Source: Candidatus Bathyarchaeota archaeon (GTDB lineage Archaea > Thermoproteota > Bathyarchaeia > TCS64). From it: a DNA stretch of 64,000 nt. The translations under genes were made by a program, and so were the position numbers. Within the stretch, counting starts at the first letter, position 1, and each line of letters starts with the position of its first letter. The notes under the pieces were generated by a model. That model made no database searches and was not told where the DNA came from. It saw nothing but the letters and a program-made list of their open reading frames with translations. The DNA is taken from assembly GCA_963769425.1 (NCBI GenBank), contig CAVYLP010000003.1:64001-128000 (forward strand), written 5' to 3'. This document shows positions 22,254 through 31,625 of the stretch, one piece after another.

Positions 22254-22360
22254 ATGACTCATTTTTTACTCCACTTGCACACACAAATAAAGTCGAAGAT
22301 GATACAACGAGGATGATATTTATCGATGTGAGGTGTAACACCAATAAAATGACGTCTGAG
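22254..22360 (+). pseudogene. Degenerate copy of the 23254..23514 small-protein family
   Basis: VEDDTTRMIFIDVRCNTNKMTSE versus VEDDATRMLFVLARRDVNRLRAD; N-terminal part deleted or frameshifted. Confidence 0.55.
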
Positions 22361-22603
22361 ATGAGACAGAGGCAGATTTCCAAATTATATATCTAAGAGG
22401 TGTGACACTAATCTCATCAATTCATCGAATCTCATGCCACTTATACTCTAGCGCATTTGTTACAAGCGATGAGAGACTGAGGAAAATAGAGGATCCCGCG
22501 ATCATCATAATGAAGGACTATATCTAAACAATTTTTTAAATAGAAATGAATATGTAAAAGCTTCGTACTAAATCAAAATGTATTTATCGAATTGTAAATG
22601 GGT

Positions 22604-22753
22604 TAACAACCACCATTATAACACGCAACAACCACCGTATACAGTGAAGAATCCTGTAACGGCCACCACTTACATGCGCAACTGCTACTATTACAAAGCG
22701 CAACAGCCACCGTATACAAGGGACAGCTCCGCAACAGCCGCCACTTATAAGGA
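22604..22753 (+). repeat. Two imperfect 75-bp units, each made of three CAAC-N7/8-TATA-like boxes (22+31+22 bp)
   Basis: Boxes start at 22604, 22626, 22657, 22679, 22701, 22732; e.g. CAACAACCACCGTATACA versus CAACAGCCACCGTATACA. Confidence 0.8.
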
Positions 22754-22840
22754 AGACAGAAATAGACAGAAATAGACAGAATAAGACAGGAATAGACGGA
22801 AATAGACAAAAATATACTAAAAAAGACAGAAAAAGACAGG
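22754..22840 (+). repeat. 10-bp tandem array, consensus AGACAGAAAT, about 9 units
   Basis: Units at exact 10-bp spacing from 22754 to 22834. Confidence 0.9.
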
Positions 22841-22920
22841 CGTCTAAGCGTTTTTATTGACCTGAATCGGTAAAGGGGCTTGGAAACGGCTCAGATGGGT
22901 AAAGTGTTTGTGAGGAAAAA

Positions 22921-22962
22921 CGGTATAAGTTGCAGTCGTTGCGGTATAAGTAGCCACTGTTG
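22921..22962 (-). repeat. Two 21-bp direct repeats, inverted relative to the CAAC..TATA boxes
   Basis: CGGTATAAGTTGCAGTCGTTG / CGGTATAAGTAGCCACTGTTG. The reverse complement CAACAGTGGCTACTTATA resembles CAACAGCCGCCACTTATA at 22732. Confidence 0.75.
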
Positions 22963-22986
22963 CGCGGAGGATGTGGATGGACTCAG

Positions 22987-23232
22987 ATGGGTTTTTCGGT
23001 GCGGATCGGAGAGGCACATAGATTAATGATCCCGATTGAATGCAGGCGAAAACTTGACCTGAAGCCGGGGCAGATCTACGATATAACGATTGTAAGCTCG
23101 GACAGGATGGTCAAAGAAAATTTCCTTGCGAAGCTTCACTCATCTGGACACGTCGTCATCCCGAAGCTCATCTACGAGACAAGAAAGTTCGCCAAAGGTC
23201 AGCTTCTAACCGTCTACGTCAGTACAGATTAA
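22987..23232 (+). CDS. Tandem AbrB/MazE/SpoVT-like DNA-binding protein
   Basis: Two repeats: FSVRIGEAHRLMIPIECRRKLDLKPGQIYDI and FLAKLHSSGHVVIPKLIYETRKFAKGQLLTV. Confidence 0.7.
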   Translation: MGFSVRIGEAHRLMIPIECRRKLDLKPGQIYDITIVSSDRMVKENFLAKLHSSGHVVIPKLIYETRKFAKGQLLTVYVSTD

Positions 23233-23253
23233 ACGAGGTGGAGGATTGCCTAG

Positions 23254-23514
23254 CTAGACCTTCCCTTTAGCCTGATCCATCGCGGCCTGGATCCCCCTAC
23301 TGATCTTTCTCGGCAAAGTAGTTCTTCTCACCCACCGGCCATCCGCACTAAGCTTTTTGATTACCTCACTCAGGAGGGCTACATCAGCTCTGAGCCTGTT
23401 AACGTCACGCCTAGCCAAGACAAAGAGCATCCTCGTAGCGTCGTCCTCGACCCCGTCCTTTAGCCAAGCATTAAGGCGCCTTCTATCAGCCTCGGTGAAT
23501 ATGTAACTTCTCAT
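23254..23514 (-). CDS. Small hypothetical protein (86 aa, MRSYIFTE family)
   Basis: ATG at 23514 after an AT-rich spacer. The 5' extension in the ORF track overlaps the deacetylase and is spurious. Paralogous pieces at 22254 and 61295-61729. Confidence 0.7.
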   Translation of the reverse strand: MRSYIFTEADRRRLNAWLKDGVEDDATRMLFVLARRDVNRLRADVALLSEVIKKLSADGRWVRRTTLPRKISRGIQAAMDQAKGKV

Positions 23515-23567
23515 AAAGCTAAAAATATAACAGCGTACTAATAAAAATTCAGGATTCAGAATACTAT

Positions 23568-24410
23568 TTAATCCTTCCAGCACCGAGCCACGTCTTCGCC
23601 TCTGCAGAACCAGACCCCCTTCTGCCTCATCATGTGCTGGATGAGCCTCTCCACCATCATGATCCTGTGCGCCCTGCCGCTGATGTAGGGGTGCAGCGTT
23701 AGGACGTAGACGCCGTTCTCGACGTTGTCGTACATGTAGTCGAACTCCTGGCTCCACACCTCGAAGACGTCGCTCGGGGAGTGTAGTCCCGGGTTTAGGG
23801 GAGCCCTGCGGAACTCGAAGTGGGGGTAGTCGTCCATGTACCAGGAGATGGGGAGCTCTATGATCTTCGACTCCCTGCCGAAGACCCAGGGCTCGGAGGG
23901 GGAGCCGTGGTCACCCACCCTGCACTTGTAGGGGTTGAAATCGTCACCCATCTGGGTGCTGTCGTAGAGGAAGCCGTGGTCCTCCATCAGCTTTATCGTG
24001 CTGTTACTGTTCGCGAAGCCGCCCGAGCGGTTACCCACGGGGTACTTGCCGGTGACCCTCTTTATCACCTCGTTCGCCTTCTCCATCAGCTCCAACTCCT
24101 TCTCGGGGCTGAGCTGAGGCGCGTCCTCGTGGCACCACATGTGGTGGGCGATCTCGTGCCCCTTATCGAATATCTTCTTCGTGAGCTCCGGGTAGACCTC
24201 GATGGTCCACGCCGGAACGAAGAAAGTGGTCTTGAAGTTGTACTTGTCGCAGAGGTCGAGCACCCTCGGGACGCCTACACGGGCACCGAACTCGCCCTGG
24301 CTGATCAACGTGGGCGTCGTCTCGCCGCGGAGGACAAAAGCAGACATCGCGTCGAAGTCCCAACTGAGGACGACGGCGCATTTCTTACCCTTCGGTAGAA
24401 CAATCGGCAT
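23568..24410 (-). CDS. Polysaccharide deacetylase, CE4 (HpPgdA/PuuE-like)
   Basis: SWDFD, GVPRVLDL, TFFVP, HEIAHH..HE, LYDST, LTLHP..SGR. Confidence 0.85.
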   Translation of the reverse strand: MPIVLPKGKKCAVVLSWDFDAMSAFVLRGETTPTLISQGEFGARVGVPRVLDLCDKYNFKTTFFVPAWTIEVYPELTKKIFDKGHEIAHHMWCHEDAPQLSPEKELELMEKANEVIKRVTGKYPVGNRSGGFANSNSTIKLMEDHGFLYDSTQMGDDFNPYKCRVGDHGSPSEPWVFGRESKIIELPISWYMDDYPHFEFRRAPLNPGLHSPSDVFEVWSQEFDYMYDNVENGVYVLTLHPYISGRAHRIMMVERLIQHMMRQKGVWFCRGEDVARCWKD

Positions 24411-24458
24411 ATCGGTTCGAGGAATAGGGTACTCAAAATGCGCTTTTAAGACCGCGCA

Positions 24459-24803
24459 TCACGCCGACTCAAGCTTGTTGGAGGGGACCCAGCCGTAGCG
24501 CCACTTGGCGTCGAGGCACTCCGCCCACCCGAGCGTCTCCCCGAGTAGCTGGACAACGTCACCTACCTCCACGGTCAGCTCGATTGAGTTATAGGGCTGG
24601 TTGAAGACGCCCTTGGCCCCATCTATCCTCAGGTGGGTCGAGGGGACCCACATCTCAACACTCTTCGAATCTTTGCACCAGAACCAGCCAGGCATCTCCG
24701 GGTCCTCCTTACCGACGGAGACAATGTCCCCCTCGGACGCGACCATCGCGTAGGTGAAGGACGCCTTGTGCTCCCTCGCGACGCGGTACAATGGCCTCTT
24801 CAT
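24459..24803 (-). CDS. Tandem variant-SH3 domain protein
   Basis: Two SH3-like units: GDIV..GWFWC...WVP and ELTVEVGDVV..GWAEC...GWVPSNKL. Confidence 0.75.
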   Translation of the reverse strand: MKRPLYRVAREHKASFTYAMVASEGDIVSVGKEDPEMPGWFWCKDSKSVEMWVPSTHLRIDGAKGVFNQPYNSIELTVEVGDVVQLLGETLGWAECLDAKWRYGWVPSNKLESA

Positions 24804-24863
24804 GGTTTCGGGTCCGCGTCGGCGGATAAACCGTTTACTCTTCATCCAGGGGTGAGGCGAGCA

Positions 24864-26063
24864 CTACTTCTTCAATGTCTCCTTGACAACGACGATAGCA
24901 AGGAAACAGCCAAGCAGTGCGAGCCCAGCGTTGAGGAGGAAGAGTGAGCCGACTCCGAGGAGGGCTGAGACGATCCCCGCAACAGCAGGTCCAGCGAAGG
25001 TGCCGAGGTCTCTCAGTAGACGGTAGAAGCCGAAAGCCTTCCCACGGTTCTCGGGGGTAGAGACGTCGGCGACGAGGGCGCTCGCGACGGGGTGGAAGAA
25101 GCCGGTGCCGAATCCGAGGGTGATGCTGGAGGCCACCAGTGCTACCGGGGAAGCCGAGGCGAAGAGGCCGATGAAGCTCAGCGAGGTGAAACCCATCCCC
25201 ACTGCTATCGGTAGCCTCCTGCCGACGCGGTCAGATACTGGGCCCGCGAGGAAGGAGCCGAGAGAAGTCGCCCCCGCGAAGGCGACGAATAGGAGGGCCA
25301 GCTCCTCGATGCTGAGCAGGCTCGTCTGGGTCGTGTATAGGGGGATTATAGAACTGAAGACGTTCTGAGAGTACATGAAGAGGAAGGCGGTATACATCGC
25401 GACAAGGTACTCGGGACCGATAATGTCCCTGAGCCCGCCGACGTCGAGCACCGGCCCCCTCGCCCCCGTGGGGGCGGAGGTCTCCCTGACGAGCACAATA
25501 CTGAGGACGAAGGCCACCGCGGAGAAGGCAGAGGCAACGCCGAAGACGGCGGCGACGCCGATCACACTGACCAGTACACTGGACGCCGCTGAGCCTATCA
25601 TTATAGCGAAGCCGTTGCCCCCCTCATAGAGCCCCATCGCGAGGGCCCTCCTCTCCGGGCCAGCCGCCTCCACCATCGCCGTCATCATGGCGAGGAAAAA
25701 CATCGCCTGCCCCGCCCCGTAGAGAACGAAGCCGACGACCAGCATGGCAACGGAGGAGGATAGGTAGACTACCGCGAGGCTCACGGCAATCGTCGCCGCC
25801 CCAACCGTGGCTAGCCTCTTCCGCCCGTGGACATCAGAGAGGAAGCCACTCACCGGGCCCAGCCCCGCCTTAACGAGGCCGATAGTCGAGATAAGAACAC
25901 CCACAAGCAGGTACGATGTCCCCACGAAGCCGCTCGTCTGGAGGGCGAGGAGGGGCTGGATCATGCCGTAGCCGATGAAGCTTGCGAAGAGTGCCGTCAT
26001 GTAACCGGCGACCCTAAAGAAGAAGCCGAGGCCACCCTCTCTCGCGGTCAAGGTCTCAACCAA
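24864..26063 (-). CDS. MFS transporter
   Basis: 12 TM; motif A twice (GFLSDVHGRK, GPVSDRVGRR). Confidence 0.9.
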   Translation of the reverse strand: MVETLTAREGGLGFFFRVAGYMTALFASFIGYGMIQPLLALQTSGFVGTSYLLVGVLISTIGLVKAGLGPVSGFLSDVHGRKRLATVGAATIAVSLAVVYLSSSVAMLVVGFVLYGAGQAMFFLAMMTAMVEAAGPERRALAMGLYEGGNGFAIMIGSAASSVLVSVIGVAAVFGVASAFSAVAFVLSIVLVRETSAPTGARGPVLDVGGLRDIIGPEYLVAMYTAFLFMYSQNVFSSIIPLYTTQTSLLSIEELALLFVAFAGATSLGSFLAGPVSDRVGRRLPIAVGMGFTSLSFIGLFASASPVALVASSITLGFGTGFFHPVASALVADVSTPENRGKAFGFYRLLRDLGTFAGPAVAGIVSALLGVGSLFLLNAGLALLGCFLAIVVVKETLKK

Positions 26064-26144
26064 CTCCCCCCACAGCCGTGAAAAGGCTTGCGCCGACGCC
26101 TGCCACCTGAAACGATAAAAACACCATGGGCCAGAGTCACTCAG

Positions 26145-26615
26145 GTGTCAGACTTGGTAAAGGCTCTCGTCCTGTATCACAGTCAGGAGTTCGGTAACAC
26201 GGGTAAGATGGCGGAGGCGGTGGCGGAGGGGCTGCGCTCCGCGGGGTGTGAGGTCACCACTTTCAACACTAACGCGGGGAGGTTCGACGCCTCCACCTTC
26301 CCCCAGTACGCCTGCGCCGCCTTCGGCTCACCCGACTACTACAGCTACGTCGCGGGGGGCCTCAAGACCTTCATGGACGACCACTACATTTTGCATACTC
26401 GCAAGGGCGTCACCGGGATGAAGGGCAAGCCATACTCCCTCTTCTACAGCCACGGGGGAGGCGGCAGGGTCAGGGAAGCTATGGTGAACCTCTTCAAACA
26501 CGTCGGGACACTCGTCGGGGAACCCCTCGGCTGCCCCGGCGCACCCTCGAAGGACATTCTGAGTAAGTGCCGCGACCTCGGAAGGGAACTCGCCAAGAAA
26601 GCGACGACCTCATAA
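26145..26615 (+). CDS. Flavodoxin-domain protein
   Basis: LYHSQEFGNTGKMAEAVAEG, FGSPDY, FYSHGGGG; start uncertain. Confidence 0.8.
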   Translation: MSDLVKALVLYHSQEFGNTGKMAEAVAEGLRSAGCEVTTFNTNAGRFDASTFPQYACAAFGSPDYYSYVAGGLKTFMDDHYILHTRKGVTGMKGKPYSLFYSHGGGGRVREAMVNLFKHVGTLVGEPLGCPGAPSKDILSKCRDLGRELAKKATTS

Positions 26616-26655
26616 CGATCGGTAAGAAAAGGGCTTCATCAGGAAAGCGATCAGT

Positions 26656-27495
26656 CTACCACTTCAGCTTTTGGAGGAAGGCCCTGACTTCCCTCTCGAA
26701 GTCTGCTGGCTTATCCTGGGGCACCATGTGACTCGCCCCCTTAACCGCCACGACCTCGAGGCCCGGGATCAGCTTCACCATCCGCTCCCTCTTCTCCGGG
26801 GTCACCAGCGGGCTCTCGGAGCCGAGTATCAGCTTAGCTGATACCCTGATCCTCTCGACGTATGGCCAGAGGTCGGTGAAGTAACTTGTCATTGTCGGGC
26901 TGCCCGTGGGCTTCGGCTTGAGACTCCCGTTGGGTTGCTTCACAAAGCCGTGTTTGAGCCGGTTCTCGACGTACTCTGGGGAGAACCCGGGGTATCTCTG
27001 CTTCAGGTACGCCTTCGCCTCGGCCTCGTTCTTCATCGACTCAGGCGCCTGCTGACTCCAGGGTCTGGACACCGGGTCCGGCGGTGCTATGTCGACCAGT
27101 ATCAGCCCCTTCACCTCGTCGGGGTGCTCCGCGGCGAGTATCATGCTCATCCTCCCACCGATGCTGTGGCCTATGAGGACGCAGGGGGAGTAGCCGAGCT
27201 TCAGGTAGCACTCTCTCATGAGTTCCGCGTGCTCGGGGAGGGTCACTGTCTTCGTCGGGACGGTGGTGTCCCCGTGTGCGAGGATGGTGAGGGCTAGTAT
27301 CTGATACCTGTCCTCAAGCGACTCACACATAGCTTCCATACTGTAGGCGTCCATCCCCATGCTGTGAAGGATGACGATCTTCCTACCCCTCTTCCCCCAG
27401 GTGGCGTAATGAATCTTGTAGCCGCCGACCTCGATGAAACCCTCGGATGCCGTCAAAGCGTGTCGAGGAGTGTTGGGGGGCTTCGCCGGTTTCAA
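26656..27495 (-). CDS. Alpha/beta hydrolase
   Basis: GHSIGG nucleophile elbow; C-terminal GASHMVP. Confidence 0.85.
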   Translation of the reverse strand: MKPAKPPNTPRHALTASEGFIEVGGYKIHYATWGKRGRKIVILHSMGMDAYSMEAMCESLEDRYQILALTILAHGDTTVPTKTVTLPEHAELMRECYLKLGYSPCVLIGHSIGGRMSMILAAEHPDEVKGLILVDIAPPDPVSRPWSQQAPESMKNEAEAKAYLKQRYPGFSPEYVENRLKHGFVKQPNGSLKPKPTGSPTMTSYFTDLWPYVERIRVSAKLILGSESPLVTPEKRERMVKLIPGLEVVAVKGASHMVPQDKPADFEREVRAFLQKLKW

Positions 27496-27503
27496 TTTTT
27501 GGA

Positions 27504-27740
27504 TCAGTACCGGTCGCGTGGGCTCTGTGTGAGCTTCATCACGGCGAGGCTGTGGCTGCAGACCCCCTTCTCCTGGTACCCGGGGCAGCTGCAGTAGACC
27601 CTGCCATCCCTGACGACGAGGGTATATGTGCCGTGATCACCAATCACATTGTAGTGCCCAGTGTCGAGCCTCTCGATCCTCCCCGCCTTCAGGAGCCGGT
27701 CGGCCTTGTCAAGCATCTTGTAGAGTGGCATGGCGAGCAC
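27504..27740 (-). CDS. SWIM zinc-finger protein
   Basis: YCSCPGY....CSHSLAV. Confidence 0.8.
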   Translation of the reverse strand: MLAMPLYKMLDKADRLLKAGRIERLDTGHYNVIGDHGTYTLVVRDGRVYCSCPGYQEKGVCSHSLAVMKLTQSPRDRY

Positions 27741-27834
27741 TGAAAACAGGAGGCGACGGCTTCAAGATAAGCTATTCCATGAGGGCGCCGGGATACGGTG
27801 AAATATTCTGAGCGGGGATATCGTGTTGATTCGT

Positions 27835-28668
27835 ATGGGCAGACTTGAGGGTAAGGTCGCGGTGGTCACAGGCGCCACCGGGGGCATAGGCGAGGCGAGC
27901 GTCAGACTCTTCGCATCGGAGGGGGCCAGGATCATAGCGGCCGACGTCGAGGACGAGAGGGGACACCGCCTAGAGAGTGGATTGAAGGGCAAGGTGGTCT
28001 ACCGCCACACCGATGTCTCGAAGGAGGAGGATGTCAGGGACGCGGTGAAGGACGCCGTGGACAACTGGGGGCGCCTAGATGTCATGTTCAACAACGCGGG
28101 TATCGTCGGCGCCGTCGGCTCAATAGAGGAGGTGAAGCTAGAGGACTTCGATAGGACCCTCAGGGTCAACCTCAGGGGGGCCTTTCTCGGGGTAAAGCAC
28201 GCCGCCCCCGTGATGAGGAAGCAGGGCTCGGGGAGCATAATAAACACGGCGAGCACCGCCGCCGTCCTCGCGGGCTTCGGCAACCACATCTACAGCGCCT
28301 CGAAGGCGGGGATAGTCCAGCTAACCCGAAGCGTCGCCATGGAGCTTGGGGAGGCGGGTATCAGGGTGAACTGTGTCAGCCCCGGCTACATACCGACGCC
28401 GATGATAGGAATAGCTAGGAGCCTGACCAGGGACCAGGCGGAGGAGAAGATGCACATCATCGAGGACGCCTTCAGGGACGCCCAGCCGCTCCGTGGCCCA
28501 ATAATGCCCGAGGAGGTCGCAAAGGCAGCACTCTTCCTAGCTAGCGATGATTCCAAATTCATCACGGGACAGAACCTATTCGTCGACGGCGGAGTCACCG
28601 GCGGAAAGATGTGGAGGGACTACCAGAAGGGGACGAACAGTCTCAGGGAGGCCCTCGAGAAGGGATGA
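27835..28668 (+). CDS. Short-chain dehydrogenase/reductase
   Basis: TGATGGIG, NNAG, YSASK. Confidence 0.9.
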   Translation: MGRLEGKVAVVTGATGGIGEASVRLFASEGARIIAADVEDERGHRLESGLKGKVVYRHTDVSKEEDVRDAVKDAVDNWGRLDVMFNNAGIVGAVGSIEEVKLEDFDRTLRVNLRGAFLGVKHAAPVMRKQGSGSIINTASTAAVLAGFGNHIYSASKAGIVQLTRSVAMELGEAGIRVNCVSPGYIPTPMIGIARSLTRDQAEEKMHIIEDAFRDAQPLRGPIMPEEVAKAALFLASDDSKFITGQNLFVDGGVTGGKMWRDYQKGTNSLREALEKG

Positions 28669-29228
28669 GCGCTAAGGTAACGGTCCTAGGCGTTGCAGGT
28701 AGCCCACGCAGAGGAGGAAATACTGAGACACTTCTGGACGAGGTCCTAAGAGGTGCCAAGGATGCGGGTGCGGAGACTGAGAAGGTGGTCCTCGCACAAT
28801 CCAACGTTGGCCCCTGTAGAGCATGCAACGCGTGCTCACGGACAGGAATCTGCATACAAGACGACGACATGGCAGCAATCATCGAGAAGATGAAGGCGTC
28901 CAGGGTCTGGGTCCTCGCCACCCCGGTCTACTGGTGGGGCCCAACCGCACAGATGAAGGCGTTCATAGACAGGTGGTACGCCGTCCCCAGAAAGGAATTC
29001 AGGGGCAAGCGCATCATACTCGCCGCCTCCTCGAACGGAGGTGAAACCTACCAGAAGCTAATGATAGAGATGTTCAGTGAGATCATCGACTACCTCGGCA
29101 TGGAGAAGTACCGTGTCCTCCAAGCGGCGGGCACCGACGCGAAGACATCGGCCAGAAACAACTCCGCCCTCATGGAGGCGGCCCACGCCGCGGGGTTCGA
29201 CGCTGTCAAGACGCTGAGTGATCCTTGA
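28665..29228 (+). CDS. Iron-sulfur flavoprotein / NADPH-dependent FMN reductase family
   Basis: GSPRRGGNT, CxxCxxCx5C, TPVYW, FIDR; ATGA overlap with the SDR. Confidence 0.85.
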   Translation: MSAKVTVLGVAGSPRRGGNTETLLDEVLRGAKDAGAETEKVVLAQSNVGPCRACNACSRTGICIQDDDMAAIIEKMKASRVWVLATPVYWWGPTAQMKAFIDRWYAVPRKEFRGKRIILAASSNGGETYQKLMIEMFSEIIDYLGMEKYRVLQAAGTDAKTSARNNSALMEAAHAAGFDAVKTLSDP

Positions 29229-29704
29229 AGCCGTCGATCGTTACCATCTCTTCCCTGACCTTCCACCCGCAGTCACGGCAGGTGTTATCGTACCACGATA
29301 GGGGGTAACCGCATCTTTGGCAGTTCCACCGCTCCGCCTGCTCCCTCAGCCAGCCTTCCGAGCCGCCGGATTCGATCACCTTCAGGGACCCCATGAGCGT
29401 CCTCGCCCCTGTAGGCGGAGAAGTCGACGATGTACTTGTAGTCGGGGCACTCTTCGAACTCATCGCATTGGGCACAGTTCTCTATGCCTCTCTTCTTCTG
29501 GCAGGCCTTGATGCCACACTTCTGGCAGTTTATCCACTGCTCCTCGTATGGTGAGGAGCAGCCGTTGCACTTTATCTCGTCCTCGGGGACGTTGAATCGC
29601 CTCGCCATCTCCTTGAGGAGTTCCCCGCCGTCCCTCTCCGCTCTGTAGATGAAGCATGCGCCGCAGTATATTCCGCATTTGCTGATGAGTCTCTCGTCGA
29701 CCAC
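29206..29704 (-). CDS. DUF3795-family Cys-rich protein, +1 frameshift at ~29395
   Basis: CGIYCGAC, CNGC, CQKCGIKAC, CAQCDEFEEC, then WNCQRCG..CRDCG in the second frame. Confidence 0.75.
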
Positions 29705-29786
29705 GATTCAGAGTTACTAAACAAACCGTTTAAACCCACCCTCTCCGAGGGAACGATTAATCTCGGCGGTCGAGCTAGACAACTTA

Positions 29787-31577
29787 GTGATGACTGCTTT
29801 GATGGAGAAGATGCAGTGGGACATCGCGCAGCTGGTCGAGAACACGGACCCGGAGTGGATCACGGGTAAACTGGAGGAGATGGTTGAGGCCGCGAACGGG
29901 CTCGCGGGAAAGTACAGGGGGAGGATCAGAGACCTCGACGCCCAAGGGCTCCTCGCCCTCCTAGAGGCGCGTGACGATTTCTCCCTCAGGTACGAGGGGG
30001 TGACGGAGTACAGCAGCCTCAGGTACAGCGCCGACTCGACGGACGCCGTCTCAAAGAGGCTCAACGAGGCGGTGAAGAAGGCAGGGACGAGAGCGGGGCA
30101 GGCACTCGCCTTCATGGAGATCGAGTTAGGGGGCCTCCTCAAGGCGAAGCCGGAACTCGTCATCGACCCCAAGCTCCAAGAGTACAGGCACTTCCTCGAG
30201 AGGATCGTGCGCCGGATACCCCACGTCATGACGGAGGAGCTTGAGAAGCTCACGATGTCGAAGGACCAGAACGGGGTCTCCGCATGGTCCCAGCTGCAGG
30301 GCGACTGGCTAGGCACCCGCGGCTTCAAGATTACTGTGGACGGCGTCGAGAAGACGATGCCGTACGGGGAGATCATAAGCCTCTACCAAAGCCCAAACAG
30401 AGCGCTGAGAAAGGAGGCGAACCGCGTCGTCTACGACGGCCTCGGCAGGGATGACCAGCTATGGGCCAGCGCTATAAGGAGCATCTGCGGCGACCACCTC
30501 CAGATGTGCGAGTGGAGGAAGTACCCGACCCCGATGACGCAGAGCCTCATAGACAATGATGTTGAACAGGAGGCCATCGACGCGCTGATGCGAACGATGG
30601 AGGGGAATGTTAGCGCCTACCGCCGCTACCTCCGCCTCAAGGCGAGGCTCATGGGTCTCGACAAACTGGGGAACTGGGACATAGTCGCTCCCCTCCCCGG
30701 AGCGCCCGAGAAGAAGTACACTTGGGATGAGTCTCGAGAAGAGGTGGTCTCCGCCTACAGGAGCTTCGACGAGGAGTGGGCAGGATGGGTCGACGAGATG
30801 TACGGGCGCCGCCACATAGACGCAGAGGTCCGGAATGGTAAGCGGAGCGGGGCCTTCTGTGCCAGCTGGCTCGCGGGGAAGAGTGCCTGGGTCCTCCAGA
30901 GCTTCAACGGCCAGATGGGGGACGTCTACACGCAGGCCCACGAGCTGGGCCACGCAGTACACGCTTACCTCGGAAGTCGCCACCAGAAGCCCAGCAACTA
31001 CGAGATAGGCAGCTGCGTAGCGGAGACGGCAAGCGTCTTCGGCGAACTCCTCCTCACCGACAGGCTCCTAGCCGAGGCGAAGACGAAGGAGGAGAGGAGG
31101 GCAATACTCGCCACCGTCCTAGACGAGTTCGGTATGGCCGCCTACCAAGTAAGCGCCCGCGTATTCTTTGAACAGAGTATGTACGATGCCATAAAGGAGG
31201 GGAAGTTCCTCGACGGTGAGACCGTCTCCAGCCTCTGGACCGCTGGAAGAGACAAGATATACGGAGACGCCGTGGAGTGGCTCCCCGAGATGAAGTGGGA
31301 GTGGACCATGAAACCCCACTACTACATCCCCAACTACCGCTTCTACAACTACCCATACGTCTACGCCCAACTCTTCGTCTTCGCCCTATACCGTCTCTAT
31401 AAAGAACAGGGCAAGGAATTCGTACCAAAGATGAAGACCCTCCTAGCCGCGGGTTCAAGCAGAAGCCCAACAGAACTCGCAAAGGAAGTTGGATTCGATG
31501 TCACGAGCGAAAACTTCTGGCGTAAGGGGATACAACAGTTTGAGGAGCTGGTTGATCAGCTCGAGTCTACAATGTAG
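29787..31577 (+). CDS. pepF: Oligoendopeptidase F (M3B)
   Basis: GKRSGAFC, HELGH, AETASVFGE, HYY...FYNYPY. Confidence 0.9.
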   Translation: MMTALMEKMQWDIAQLVENTDPEWITGKLEEMVEAANGLAGKYRGRIRDLDAQGLLALLEARDDFSLRYEGVTEYSSLRYSADSTDAVSKRLNEAVKKAGTRAGQALAFMEIELGGLLKAKPELVIDPKLQEYRHFLERIVRRIPHVMTEELEKLTMSKDQNGVSAWSQLQGDWLGTRGFKITVDGVEKTMPYGEIISLYQSPNRALRKEANRVVYDGLGRDDQLWASAIRSICGDHLQMCEWRKYPTPMTQSLIDNDVEQEAIDALMRTMEGNVSAYRRYLRLKARLMGLDKLGNWDIVAPLPGAPEKKYTWDESREEVVSAYRSFDEEWAGWVDEMYGRRHIDAEVRNGKRSGAFCASWLAGKSAWVLQSFNGQMGDVYTQAHELGHAVHAYLGSRHQKPSNYEIGSCVAETASVFGELLLTDRLLAEAKTKEERRAILATVLDEFGMAAYQVSARVFFEQSMYDAIKEGKFLDGETVSSLWTAGRDKIYGDAVEWLPEMKWEWTMKPHYYIPNYRFYNYPYVYAQLFVFALYRLYKEQGKEFVPKMKTLLAAGSSRSPTELAKEVGFDVTSENFWRKGIQQFEELVDQLESTM

Positions 31578-31625
31578 GGACATTAACAATTTCCTTCATT
31601 AGGCAGATCTGATTCAATTAATGAT

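Noticed and set aside
22578-22809. Short ORFs over the repeats (QQPPYT peptide and antisense ORF)
   Set aside because: Box spacing of 22 and 31 bp and inverted copies are better explained at DNA level; no independent coding evidence.
22604-22962. CRISPR array or archaeal oriC
   Set aside because: Repeats are degenerate, lack unique spacers of constant length and have no cas genes; no ORB consensus or cdc6/orc1 gene nearby.
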